A stretch of 64,000 bases of DNA from Octopus sinensis. Lineage: Eukaryota. The translations under genes and the position numbers were made by a program. The notes beneath the pieces are model-generated. The model saw nothing but the letters and a program-made list of their open reading frames with translations. It had not been told where the DNA came from and made no database searches. Where the stretch lies: contig NC_042999.1 of NCBI RefSeq assembly GCF_006345805.1, positions 66,712,001 to 66,776,000 of the forward strand, written 5' to 3'. Below are positions 13,229 through 25,650 of the stretch, one piece after another; position 1 is the stretch's first letter; every line of letters begins with the position of its first letter.

Positions 13229-15532
13229 GTTTTCATTATTATTATTATTATCATTATTATTATTGCTATTATTATTATTATTACCATTATTATTGCTGTT
13301 ACTATTTATTCTATCTCTAGCTAACTTTATATTTTTACTATTAAGTATAGCTATTATGGTAGCCATATTTGGAAGAGTAGAATATGATATTCTTACTGAT
13401 TTCTTAGAAATTATTTTATAATATTCATGGGAAGCTGGGAAGTTTTTTTCTGGTATAGACATAGATCTGCTGTATATATTCGTAGAGATCGCCAGTTGAA
13501 GGGGATATTTAACCAAATAATATTTTTTCCTTTGTTTTTTTTTATTTGAGTAAGAGTGGGAAAGATTAATGTTATCTATATTCTTACGAAATTCATTATT
13601 CATTTTAGTCTTATATTTATGTTTATTAGGGTTTTTTCTTTGTGGGAGAGATTTTTATATTATTATTTACATTTATTTTATCTGGTTTAACATTTTCATA
13701 TTTATTTGCGATCTGTTTACTATTTTCATTCATATTATTGAGTTTATATACTAGGTGCTTTTTTTCTATTGATTTATGTTTATTTTGAGTATGAGATTCT
13801 ATATTATTTGAGCTATTTACATTCACTTCATCACGATCCAGGAAATCACCTTCCTGGTCGTATCCAGCCCTGGATAATGCAACATTATACTGATGCGAGT
13901 GAGAGTCAAACATTTCAATATTCAATGATAATTTTGAAATTCTCCGAGAAATATTTTTCACAATTCATTTTAGTATATAAGGGGGGGGTGATAAGATAAT
14001 TTGTTTACGTATTTGGTAACTTCACCTTCCTTTCTAAATAGGTGATATAACTTTGAATTTAAGTCTGAGGTAACGTCTAAAAAATTCACTAACTTGGTGT
14101 TATATTCATACGTAATACCTAAGTTGAAATCTTTGAAAAATTTACTAATTTTCTTTCTTATTTTCTCAATTTTTGATTTATTGTTACTAGGTACAATAAA
14201 CAAAGCATCATCTCTATATAAACCTCCTTGTAATTCTGGGATTTCCCTACTAATGCATTTTAATAAATACACCCCTACTAAATTAGTTATCTCTGCCGAA
14301 TCACTTGAGCCCATGGGTATGTCGAAATTATTTGGGGTATCAGCCCTAGTTCATAATTTTCCTTCAATTTTTTTTAATCTCCTCTATTAAACAGTATAAA
14401 TCCTATGTTCTTAAAGAAACTACTCAGTTCATCTTGATTACCTCACTTCCATTTCTTAATATATCATTAACCCACGATATTTTAACCTAACTAATTAACT
14501 TTCCTCCGCGGGTAGTAAATATTATGTCTAACAGATTCTATAATTTAATTCCTTAATAACAATTCACTATCTACTAAATCTGAGTAATTTACTCTTCGTG
14601 ATTACTTCTCTTCTTAAAAATAAATCACCTTCTACTAAACCTAAGAATATTATTCATCTTGGTTACTACTCTTCCAATATATATAGTTGACCCCTAATAT
14701 ATTCACTTTATTAATAAGACTTTTGTCCTCAGTTATTAAGTATTATGCCTACTCATTGTAAATGATAGATTTTTCTCCAAAATGAATAAATATTAGATTT
14801 ATAATTTCTCCTTTAATCCAACGTATCAAAATAATCAACACCTACCAGCTAAGTATAAACTTATGTATATAAGTATAAAGGGATCTCTGTATTCTCTATA
14901 ACTTTTTGGTATATAGGTGGTCATTGTGACCATCTGACATTGACCTAGTTTTTCTTGATACAAAATCTGTTTGCCAAATAGTAGTAAACAGCTTCTAGGA
15001 TATTATAACCCCCTCTCTACTTGAATTTCTTTATGAATAACTTCTGACATTTATTTCACCCCTATTTCTATAAATAGAAAATCTCTTTTCTCTCCTTTCA
15101 ACTAATTATACTTCCCAACATTTTAGCAGTTCAAAATAAGATAAACTCTACTACCTTAATGTTCTTAAAATTCAAATCGACATCTTTGTCTATATATCTA
15201 TCTTTTCTATAATGTTGTCAGTTAATATGAAAATTATGTATTAAAGGAAAACCTCTATAAATTGCTGGTGATTGCTCAACATTTTAAAACTGTTGTAATA
15301 CTTACAATATTTAATAAAATGATGTAGCGTGAAACGATCGTACCAAATTACCGAAGATATTCTTGTTGCTTATTTTGATTATATATATATATATATAGGT
15401 ATTTCAAATATTTATGAATGAAAAAGGGAAGAAAATGGAGAAAACGGCATACAGCCACCAGTTTATTCAATGATATTCAAATCTATATAATGAAATTCCT
15501 GTCCTATAACCATTTCCATATCTAATTACGTC

Positions 15533-15952
15533 AATTACAGAAATTAAAATAATTTAATTTAAATTAAATTTTCATTTTGAATTCTGGTTACTTAGGTATT
15601 TCATTGGAGCTGAGAAAGAGAAAGAGAGATTGAAAGTGAGTGAGAGAGAAAGATGGTAGGGAGAGAGAGAGATTGAAAGCGACAGAGAAAGATGGGTAGA
15701 GAGAGAGAGTGAGCAAGAGGGCGGTAGCATTTATCAAGTTGTGCATGGGTTTTTTTAAAAATGCGTTTTTTGCCAGAAATGCGTTTCTATAAAAACGCAC
15801 ACTTTCAAAAATGCACACATATGGATCTGTCGAAGGTGAACCAACACGTTGAAATGTAAAGCCCTTTTGGAAAAATTCTCTCCTGATGAAGTATTCAAAT
15901 AATTAGTTTCAATATGAAAATTTAAATTAAATTAATCTAATTTCATTTCTGT
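15533..15952. mobile_element. AT-rich inverted-repeat-bounded MITE-like element
   Basis: Imperfect ~50 bp inverted repeats (aattacagaaat..aaattttcat) at ~15533-15585 and ~15903-15952; TSD not resolved. Confidence 0.45.
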
Positions 15953-16169
15953 AATTAAACTAATTTGATACGATCTGATCGGTTCGAAGATTATCTACGA
16001 TTACGAATTAATTAAGGATCTTGTTTCCATCAACCGAAATATGTTATACAAAGAACGCTCATATGCAAAATTTATGTAGATTGAAGCTTCACAGAGTTTA
16101 CAAACGTATACGTAAGGATATAAGAAATGAAGTAACAACTTTATCACAATATTTGTTGTTTGTTCCTTG

Positions 16170-16370
16170 ACGAGTCACGCCTGGCTCATAAGAGCCAGTT
16201 TCCCGGTTTCCTTGGCGTATAGGTTCCCCACCTGGACGGGACGCCGGTCTGTCGCAGGTGAGCTGCAAGATGCAGGTGGAAAGAGTGACAGAATGTTGTG
16301 GCGAAAGAGTCAGCAGAAGTTCGTCATTACCTTCTGCCGGAGCCTCTTAAGCCAAAATAAAAGAGGAAAG
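16170..16370. mobile_element. SINE fragment
   Basis: Contains the CCTGGACGGGACGCCGGTC..TCGCAGG SINE body motif and shares its distal part with the SINEs at 21492 and 27828. Confidence 0.6.
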
Positions 16371-16848
16371 ACATCCATGTTCACTGATTATTCTATTATG
16401 CTTAACATAATACGTGTCATAGAAAAATAGCTTAGCTTTCTTAATGGAAGCGGGCGGGAAAAAATAAAAATAGGAGGTTTCGGTTCCAGAAAATCTGGAC
16501 ATAATAGAGAAATTTAGATATCGGATCTGAAATTGGCATCATAAATTTGGTAGGAATCATTAGGGTACATGCCTGTAACAACAAAAAAGTTGAAATTTGT
16601 TGTCTTGTGTTACACATTGATCTTATGCAACCATTCTTTACTTATTCACAAATTAGTATGGCCATTACTTTACAATCTGTGGCTCTATGTACTTCATATA
16701 TGTTCCATCTACAACCAAACGCCGGTATTTGAGCGTCGAAGTAAATGCTCAACCATCGCCATATTGCAAAAACTAACTTCCTGCAATAGATTTGTCACTT
16801 TTACTTCTTGCACAGCGAGGTGTTCCCTTTAGACATTCATGTAGTGTG

Positions 16849-16855
16849 TTATATA
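16849..16855 (-). promoter_or_regulatory. Putative TATA box of CRP1 (paralogous promoter module ~16830-17300)
   Basis: TATATAA on the minus strand in the context cttgctgtggaaaTATATAA, conserved at 23748 and 32751 and similar to cttggcgtaggattctTATATAA upstream of CRP5/6. Exon-1 donor not clearly identifiable. Confidence 0.5.
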
Positions 16856-17326
16856 TTTCCACAGCAAGTCTAATAATTGTATCCAGCACTGCCATTTTCT
16901 TATCTCCTTCGATTCGTTCATATTAATGATACAATGCAAACTGCCTAATCTTAATTCCACTGAATTTCAAACATCGAATGTTCTCTCCACGCCATTGTCT
17001 GATATGAATATCAAACACATATATCAAACTAGACTGGTCTCACCTACAGGTGAGAAAAGTATTGAGGCTTGTTCAAAATAATTAGATTGTGTTTCAAATT
17101 GTCCTCGAAGCTACAGATATCAACGTTTATATTTCAAAGGCGCAGTCAATTTTTCCTTTGTACGTGTGTTAGTTTCACACATACTGCAAATTCAATCCTG
17201 ATATGATAAATAAGTTTGGATTTCGTACACTCAGGTCATATAATCCACGAAGCTCTTGTTGAAATTGAAGTAAGCAAAATTTTAATTTACCGAGATTAGT
17301 TCTGAAAAGATTGAATAACTTCCCAG

Positions 17327-17327
17327 C

Positions 17328-17403
<76 letters not shown>
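17327..17403. repeat. (AAT)n microsatellite
   Basis: Directly visible. Confidence 0.95.
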
Positions 17404-17404
<1 letters not shown>

Positions 17405-17612
17405 TAACTTCAAATTCATCAGGAACAAGGAACACAAATATTTACGCACATGCACACACACACACATTCAAACACACATATAGATATGAGTGTGTATATG
17501 TGTGTATACAAATACACATATACACATATAGATATGTATGTGTGTATATGTGTGTATACAAACACACATATATATATATACACACACACATATTATATAT
17601 ATATATATACAT

Positions 17613-17671
<59 letters not shown>

Positions 17672-17682
17672 GTATATGTATG

Positions 17683-17872
17683 TATTCCTTTATTTGTTTC
17701 AGTCACTTGACTGCGGTCATGCTGGAGCATCGACCCCCCAGGACTTATTGTTTGTGAGCCTAGTACGAATTCTATCGGTCGCTCTTGCCGTACCTCTAAG
17801 TGACGGGGCCGTAAACTCACTAGCATGGGTTGTCAAGCGATGTTGGGGGGAACAACCACAGACACACAAACA
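17683..17872 (-). mobile_element. SINE 3' half (abundant octopus-type SINE)
   Basis: Same family as the complete copy at 25113-25526 (gctggagca..gacttatt..agtac..ctatcggtc..gttgtcaagc). Confidence 0.8.
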
Positions 17873-18123
17873 TATACATATATATACATTATATATATAT
17901 ATATATATATATAATATATTATATAATATATATATATATATATACGACGGGCTTCTTTCAGGTTCCGTCTACCGAATCTACTCACAAGTGGAGTGCTCAG
18001 CCACTTGCACGTTAATTTCACAAGCAGCTGTTTTGTTGATAGGATCAACTAGAACCCTCGTCGTCGCAACCTACAGTGTGCCAATATATATATATAATAT
18101 ATATTATATATGTATATATATAT

Positions 18124-18164
<41 letters not shown>

Positions 18165-18220
18165 TTTATAGTCGGGTTTAACACATAGTCCCACATCGCT
18201 GCAGACCTCGATTAAATTCA

Positions 18221-18302
18221 GGCGACTCGCTGATGAAGCTGACCTTAGCAAACATATTCTGTGTTTTGCTAGAAAGAAGCAGAAACCGCGGTACGAGTTG
18301 TT
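18221..18302 (+). ncRNA. Type I hammerhead ribozyme (minimal, palindromic helix III), copy 1
   Basis: Helix I GGCGACTCG/CGAGTTGTT (9 bp including G-U pairs), core CTGATGA (18230-18236), helix II GCT/AGC with inner TAGCAAA/TTTGCTA stem, GAAA (18282-18285), helix III ACC-GC-GGT. Predicted cleavage after GTA at 18293. Confidence 0.8.
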
Positions 18303-18666
18303 AAAGTTATCGGTAAACGTTTTTGATTTTCACTCTCGATAAATTCATCCCCTTTTTGTGTTCCCAGCACTCGGCATCTTTATTTAGGAGCCCTTAATTG
18401 TATAACTACATGAATAATATTTTTCTATATGAATAATATTTTTTGTCTTATGACTAATTCGTCTTTTGTGCTGGGCACCTGGTAGTAAATAATATTACTA
18501 CCCTTCTGTTTATATTCGCATACTACATGATGAATTTATTCGTAAAATTCTTCCCGGCATGCCCGTGTAAATTTTGGTCTGCGCGCAGAGATTTGAAAAG
18601 TTAAGATCTGCTAGTAGTCGGGTTTAACACATAGTCCCACATCGCTGCAGACCTCGATTAAATTCA

Positions 18667-18748
18667 GGCGACTCGCTGATGAAGCTGGCCTTAGCAAACA
18701 TATTCTGTGTTTTGCTAGAAAGAAGCAGAAACCGCGGTACGAGTTGTT
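18667..18748 (+). ncRNA. Type I hammerhead ribozyme, copy 2
   Basis: Same motif as copy 1 with one loop substitution; predicted cleavage after 18739. Confidence 0.8.
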
Positions 18749-18977
18749 AAAGTTATCGGTAAACGTTTTTGATTTTCACTCTCGATAAATTCATCCCCTT
18801 TTTGTGTTCCCAGCACTCGGCATCTTTATTTAGGAGCCCTTAATGTATAACTACATGAATAATATTTTTCTATATGAATAATATTTTTGTCTTATGACTA
18901 ATTCGTCTTTTGTGCTGGGCACCTGGTAGTAAATAATATTACTACCCTTCTTGATTATATATATATATATAATATAT

Positions 18978-19008
<31 letters not shown>

Positions 19009-19359
19009 TAATTAATATATCACGGTAATAAAGATTTTAGAAATTTTTTATTACTTTGGCTTAGCGTGTGGAAAAATTAGTCAATAGACTATATATTACA
19101 CATATAAATACAGTGTACATTTAAACACATAAGAGGTATCCGTCATTAGGATTCCTTTCACGCTAGAAGTAGGAGCTAAAGTCCAAACCACTATTAGGGA
19201 TAAAAGCTCGAAGGGAATGAAAAATAAAAACATTTAGCATCTGTCTCCTGAAACCATGGTTAAACTTGTAGTGCTGTGACCCACCTTGGTCACCGTCTAA
19301 TTACCAAAGCAAAGGAAAGATTTTGGTACATAGATAGATAGATTGATAGAGAGAAAGAA

Positions 19360-19394
<35 letters not shown>

Positions 19395-19703
19395 ATGTAG
19401 ATATACATATGCAGATAGGAAAAATGAAACTTACTGGTCAGTGTTTCTTCTTACATGATACGTAATGGAACAATGTTCTTATATAGCAACCATACGCTTA
19501 GTTGTCACATGTATAACACGTTCCGGGTTGTTTATCACTTGTTTATTTCAATGAAAGTTTTATTATAAACCTTGAAAATAGTAATTATTGAGATCACATT
19601 TGATTTCTACCTCGTGCGAAGTGTGACGTTTCCAGGCCAGAATACCAAGGTGAAGGAGAAATACCATTACATAGAGACATATCTACACATGCACGTGCAC
19701 ACA

Positions 19704-19737
<34 letters not shown>

Positions 19738-20496
19738 GTGATATATATATAAATGCATGTGCGCTTGTATGTATGCGTGTGAGAGAGAAAGATAGGCAAA
19801 GAGAGAGAAAGAGATAGAGACAACAAATAGTGCTCAATACATAATTTTTCTTCATTGGAGTAAATATGACTTACTATTCCCTATAATGTCTACTGCAAAG
19901 CAGCGGTAAGTCAAATTTACAGCAATTAAGAGAACATATGTAATGGCCATCATTTACATCTTGTCTTGCATATATCACTCAGTTTAAAAAGTAGTAAATC
20001 TGAAACACAGCCACGGGTTTACAAAACAGAGTGGTGATGAATAATATCCCAGGAATATGTCACGTGAATACGTGCAGTGTTTTATTAGACTAAGTAATAT
20101 TGTTAGTCTGGTGTACTAACAGAGACATTGTTTAAGTATTTTTACCGGATTACTAATATACCACAAATAACACTATTTCAATATACGCATATATGCATAA
20201 GCACACACCACACACACATACACACACGGATCATTCGAAGCCTTTAATCTTCAGTCAAGAACCGGATCATCCTCGCAATTTCGGCTGATTAATCTTGAGA
20301 TTGCCCCAATCTGGCCATCCCCAAGGAAAAACTAAGCTAAGAGCATTAGATTCATGGGAAAAATAACTTCGCATGTATACGAAACAAGGACAGAAAAACG
20401 GACGATGTTACACGAATATAGATACAAAAATAATACGAAAAAGCAATAATAATAATAATAATAATAACGGGACATCACAATATATATACATATAGG

Positions 20497-20695
20497 AGCA
20501 CTCTGTCGGTTACGACAACGAGGGTCTCAGCTGATACGATCAGTGGAACAGTTTGCTCGTGAAATTAATGTGCAAGTGGCTGAGCATTCCACAGACTCGT
20601 GTATCCTAACTTAGTTCTCAGGGAGATTCAGCTTCACACATAGTATCACGAGGCTGGCCCTTTGAAATACAGGTACAGTTCATTTTTGCCAGCTC
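20497..20695. mobile_element. SINE fragment (second family)
   Basis: gttacgacaacgaggg..gctcgtgaaattaa..gtggctgagca motif recurs at ~17985-18080 and ~26375-26510. Confidence 0.65.
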
Positions 20696-21491
20696 ATTCT
20701 AATTGCTCTGCTTTTTATGATTTTAATTCATCAAATTTATTTTACAATATCAATGAATTTCATGAGGCAATTTACAAACAACGATATGATGTCGAATATT
20801 GGATAGATCTTTAGGCAATGGCGTAAAGATTGCGTTCTTCTTAGATTGAGAGAAACTGGTACCGGTTAGTTTCATGTAACGTTGGAAGCCATGTCTGCTG
20901 CGGTGATTATTTCGGTATACGTATTCTCAAAGAATCACGAAATGACCGAGATCAAGAAAAGAAACTGATTGTTTATGTTGTTTTCCGGCATACGTGTGAC
21001 ATTGAAGCTGGTGATGAAAACTTCATTTGTAATAATTGATTGTTTGCTACAGATTAAAAAAAAAAAAAAAAGGCTAAATGATGAACATCAACTTAGCAAT
21101 GAACGGCAGTTTTTGAGATTCATGAAACCGGCACCGCAACCGAAATTGATTTACATTTAATCAAAGGAGTCATAACTTGGTTGCAGATTCCTTTTAAAGA
21201 TGAATAGAAAACGAAATTTTGTTTACGATACTTGTGTGTGTGTGTGTATATGTTTGCGGTTGTGTTTGTGTCTGCACGTGCGTTTGTGTGTATATGTCTA
21301 TGCATTAAATCGCGAATTCATGTGTTTCAGAATGTTATGTTAAATTCTACGTATTACATTTACATAGCTGAGGGATAATCAAAGTTATGAAAAACTAGTT
21401 ACTAGCCAAAGGAACAATCGGTAATCGAGGTTTTGGCCAATGAGGGATGAGAGCTAATTAATGTAGTTGAATGGAACGGAAGGAATTATCA

Positions 21492-21785
21492 AGTGACCGA
21501 CCAGACCATCAGATGTTGCTACACATCGCTGGTCACAATGCGTTCGCATTGTTTTAGCCTTCGAACGACGCCACCCCGCTGGCTAAGCGAGCAAGCTAAC
21601 AGAAGAAAGAGTGAGAGAAAGAGTGGGGAAAGAGTATAGCAGGGATCACCACCCCTCTGCCAGAGCTTCGTGGAGCTTTTAGGTGTTTTCGCTCAATAAA
21701 CACACACAACGCCCAGTTTGGGAATCGAAACCGCGATCCTACGACCGCCAGTCCGCTGCCCTAACCACTGGGCCATTACTCCTCC
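21492..21785 (-). mobile_element. tRNA-derived SINE
   Basis: Minus-strand head with A box TGGCCCAGTGG and B box GGTTTCGATTCCC; body repeated at 27828-28055. Confidence 0.85.
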
Positions 21786-22159
21786 ACTGGAAGAATTATA
21801 GCAGAATAAATTTAAGGTATTATTGGTGCCATAAACATAATCGTAGTGAATATTGAGTTGTGGTCTCTTGGAGCAGACATGAATAGGAAGCAATAATACT
21901 GAAGAGGACAAACTGAGCTGAAAGGACTAGTTAAGGAAAATTATGAATATTTTTATAAAAATCATGTTATATACAGGAAATGTATAAGATCATTCTTGTG
22001 TGAATTATGGTTTACAAATATCGGGCTACAAACAAGAGTAATTCTCAAGAAAAATTGATTCCAGTTATAAAATGCCTGCATCAAATTAGAATTGGATGCA
22101 AAAATCAATTGTAATAAGTGTCATTATACAATTGTATAATTGTATAATTGTATGATTGT

Positions 22160-22372
22160 GTTTGTCCCCCCAACATCGCTTGACAACCGATACTGGTGTG
22201 TTTACGTCCCCGTAACTTAGTGGTTCGGCAAAATATATCAATAGAATAAGTACTAGGCTTACAAAGAATAAGTCCTCTGGTCGATTTGCTCGACTAAAGT
22301 TGGTGCTCTAGCATGGCCACAGTCAAATGACTGAAACAAGTATAAGAGAAAAAAGAGAAAGAGAATACAAGG
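22160..22372 (+). mobile_element. SINE 3' half inserted in the CRP2 intron
   Basis: gtgtttacgtccccgtaacttag..gactgaaacaagta tail, same family as 25113-25526. Confidence 0.8.
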
Positions 22373-22413
22373 GTCGAAAAACCTCCTAGTGAATGGGATA
22401 ATAAACTTCCTAG

Positions 22414-22474
22414 CTTCGGTCAAGGGGATCGTCATGTATATTCCCAAGATGGTGAGAAAGAATGTAGAATTCAT
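22414..22474 (-). pseudogene. CRP2 signal-peptide exon remnant (MNSTFFLTILGIYMTIPLTE)
   Basis: Homologous to the CRP1 signal exon, but the donor reads GAAG|CTAGG (GT to CT). Homologous intron sequence continues to ~20700, then no mature exon is found. Confidence 0.8.
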
Positions 22475-23262
22475 ATTGAACCTTCAAAATTTAAAAAAAA
22501 ACAAATATACAGATACATATGTAACCATATATATATAGACATATAGTGACTTGTATGCATATATAGGCAATATTTTTGGATGTATTGTTCAAAGATATAT
22601 AGGGCGTGACATAATTACTATCATAAGTAATTTGCCGATATCATCGATTTCAGTTTTGAATATTAGAAATTGGTCGTCTAATTTCGATTTATATTCCCAT
22701 GGATTATCTACGATTAAGAGATAATTAAGGATCTTGTATCCATGAACCGAATTATGATATACAAACATTAATAAAAGAATTCTACATGACCGGTGTATAT
22801 TTACTACTTATAAACATATGTAGAAATAAGGCTTAACAGACTTTAAAAACGTATACGTAAGGATTTATTGGAAAATCTGATGACAAATGCAGTAAAGACT
22901 TCATTGCAAAATTTCAGCAGCCTAACTCCAGTAAATAGTTTAGAAGATATTAACGGTTTACTAAGAATAGAAAGAGGTAGCTGTTATGACAATACCGCAC
23001 AAATATTTTGGATACGTAAGCTTTTACATATATTTCAGATCACACCATAAAAGGAAACTTTCCGCTCAAGCGTCTGTGAGTGTTAAGCCACAGACACGGT
23101 CTTGCTGCTGCTATTACTAATACAACTATCACTTCTACTAATACCACTACTACAATTACCAGTACTACTGCCTACGAGTAGACTACAGTTACCTACAACC
23201 ACTAACACTGTTACTACTACAACTACTATGCAGCGTGTTATATATATTTCTACAGCAAACCA

Positions 23263-23492
23263 AGGCGGTGAGCTGGCAGAATCGTTAGCGCACCGGGCGA
23301 AATGCTTAGCCGTATTTCGTCTGCCCTTTAAGCTACGTTCTGAGTTCAAATTCCGCCTTTCATCCGTTCGGGGTCGACTAAATAAGTACCAGTTACACAC
23401 TAGGGTCGATATAATCGACTTAATCCATTTGTTTGTCCTTGTTTGTCCCCTCTGTGTTTAGCCCCTTGTGGGTAGTAAAGAAATAGGTATTT
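23263..23492 (+). mobile_element. tRNA-derived SINE (third family)
   Basis: GGCGGTGAGCTGGCAGAATCGTTAG head, GAGTTCAAATTCC B box, body ending gtagtaaagaaataggtatt. Confidence 0.8.
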
Positions 23493-23747
23493 CATATGCC
23501 GTTACGTTATACTACTACTATAACTACTACTACACCTACTCTGTGTCTTAACTGTTGCAAAAATGTGAAACATTATCACCATAAACCAAGACATTTTGAA
23601 TTTCCAGTCTGCATTGTGTTCACATAGACAGATGAAGAAATCCTTTCATTACACTAGGCAACAAAGATTTTATTACAGAAGACCAACTAGGTGTTCCTAG
23701 TTAATTTCGGTATGCTGATTGTTCTCTTTAGACATTCATGCAGTGTA

Positions 23748-23754
23748 TTATATA
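23748..23754 (-). promoter_or_regulatory. Paralogous TATA box upstream of CRP2
   Basis: Same context as 16849 and 32751. The homologous sequence ~30 nt downstream is replaced, so the exon-1 region appears deleted. Confidence 0.4.
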
Positions 23755-24343
23755 TTTCTACAGCAACTATCCAGTTGATATATCAACATTTCTCCTGTGA
23801 TTCGTTCATACTAAGAACATAATGAGCTGCCCAATCTTAGTACCACAGAATTTCAAACATATGATCTGTTCACGTCATTGTCTGATATGAATATCAAACA
23901 CAGATATCTAAGCAGAATGGTCGCACCTACAAACACGAAAAGAATTGAAGCCTGTTCAAAACACCATTGTGTTTCAAATTTTGCTCGGAGCTACAGATAT
24001 CATAAACGTTTATATTTCAAAGATGCAGTCTATCTCAATTTAGCAAGTTTATTATATTCGTTCTGTGTTGGATTCACACATGCTGCATATTCAATCCTGA
24101 CATGACACTATCTTAAATCTGTATTTCGTACATTGAAAACCTATAATGCACGAAACTCGTTTTCAAAAATGAAGCGCAAATGAAGTAAAGAAAAACATTT
24201 ATTTAGCGAGATAAATTCTGCTAAGGCAAAATGAAAAACGTTCAACTAATAATAATATATCAGTTGAAATACATCCAGAACAAAGAAATCAAATAGCTAA
24301 GCACTCACGCGCGCACACACTCGTACACACACGCGCGCACACA

Positions 24344-24566
<223 letters not shown>

Positions 24567-24571
<5 letters not shown>

Positions 24572-24660
24572 CAATTGAGGATAAAATCTTTATAAGAAAT
24601 TATCAGTAGTTAGCTAACTACTGATAATTTCTTATAAAGATCTTATCCTCAATTGTAAAT
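24567..24660. repeat. 94 bp spacerless palindrome (47 bp arms, one mismatch)
   Basis: ATTTACAATTGAGGATAAAATC...GTTAG|CTAAC...GATCTTATCCTCAATTGTAAAT, centred at 24613/24614. Confidence 0.92.
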
Positions 24661-25074
24661 TTATATTTTTCACCGGAATAGTTTAATACTGAATTTTTGT
24701 TCCGAGTAAGCAATTTAGTACCGAAATGCATTGCGATTAAGCCCGCCATTTTCATAGATATGTAAAGATAAACATTCGTACATGCTACGACGAATTCTAC
24801 GGTTGGCTATCGGGTTTGTAACGTTATGTTTTTTTCTTATATGTCTTGAGTTTGTTGCACTGATGAACATAGAATGCATATTCTGCATTAATTGCGAAAT
24901 CACATGTGATATGTAACTAAATTCTTTTTATAAATGACTTGCTTTGAAGTTTTGCATTCGGTAAAATTTTGTTTATTTTAGTAGTTTTGACCGCCATTGG
25001 TCCCTCTTAGCGTGCGGTATCTATAATAATAGTAGCCTCAATATAATATATATATATATATATATATAATATAT

Positions 25075-25105
<31 letters not shown>

Positions 25106-25112
25106 ATATATA

Positions 25113-25526
25113 TACTCTTTACTCTTTACTCTTTTACTTGTTTCAGTCATTTGACTGCGGCCATGCTGGAGCACCGCCTTTAATCGAGCAACTCGACCCC
25201 GGGACTTATTCTTTGTAAGCCCAGTACTTATTCTATCGGTCTCTTTTGCCGAACCGCTAAGTGACGGGGACATAAACACACCAGCATCGGTTGTCAAGCA
25301 ATGCTAGGGGGACAAACACAGACACACAAACATACACGCACATACATATATATACATATATATGACGGGCTTCTTTCAGTTTCCGTCTACCAAATCCACT
25401 CACAAGGCTTTGGTCGGCCCGAGGCTATAGTAGAAGACACTTGCCCAAGGTGCCACGCAGTGGGACTGAACCCGGAACCATGTGGTTGGTAAGCAAGCTA
25501 CTTACCACACAGCCACTCCTGCGCCT
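25113..25526 (-). mobile_element. Full-length tRNA-derived SINE with (AGAGTAA)n-type tail
   Basis: Head AGGCGCAGGAGTGGCTGTGTGGTAAG..GGTTCAGTCCC, internal TA/CA tract, tail repeats at 25113-25140. Resembles abundant octopus SINEs. Confidence 0.9.
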
Positions 25527-25650
25527 ATATATATATATATATGCATATATGTGTAGGTGTATGTGCGTCTATGTATATATATATATATATTTTATATACA
25601 CATATATGTGTGTGTGGGTGGGTGTATGTCTTATATATATATATATATAT

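Larger units (their letters stand above)
9060..15383 (-). mobile_element. Penelope-like retroelement (RT + GIY-YIG region), degraded, interrupted by an R4/Dong LINE
   Basis: RT motifs MGSSDSAEITNLVG and LYRDD (13970-14314). PLE-type linker HEYYKIISKKSVRISYSTLPNM (13223-13603). C-terminal SLSSKIWELK..KWDI..CELC (9169-9480). Many frameshifts. Confidence 0.85.
18169..18951 (+). mobile_element. Retrozyme-like tandem repeat (about 1.75 copies of a 446 bp unit), each copy carrying a hammerhead ribozyme
   Basis: 18169-18507 is repeated almost identically at 18615-18951 (one substitution and two 1-nt indels seen), offset 446. Embedded between (TA)n tracts; no ORF. Confidence 0.8.

Noticed and set aside
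18169-18951. Direct repeats here (and the 148-bp repeat at 38803) as a CRISPR array or LTR pair
   Set aside because: Only two long copies with no repeat-spacer periodicity and no cas genes; no TG..CA ends, PBS or PPT; the hammerhead motifs explain the repeat better.
20270-20325. Possible hammerhead remnant on the minus strand (ggatggcc..cagccGAAAttgc)
   Set aside because: The core is too mutated and helices I and III could not be paired convincingly.
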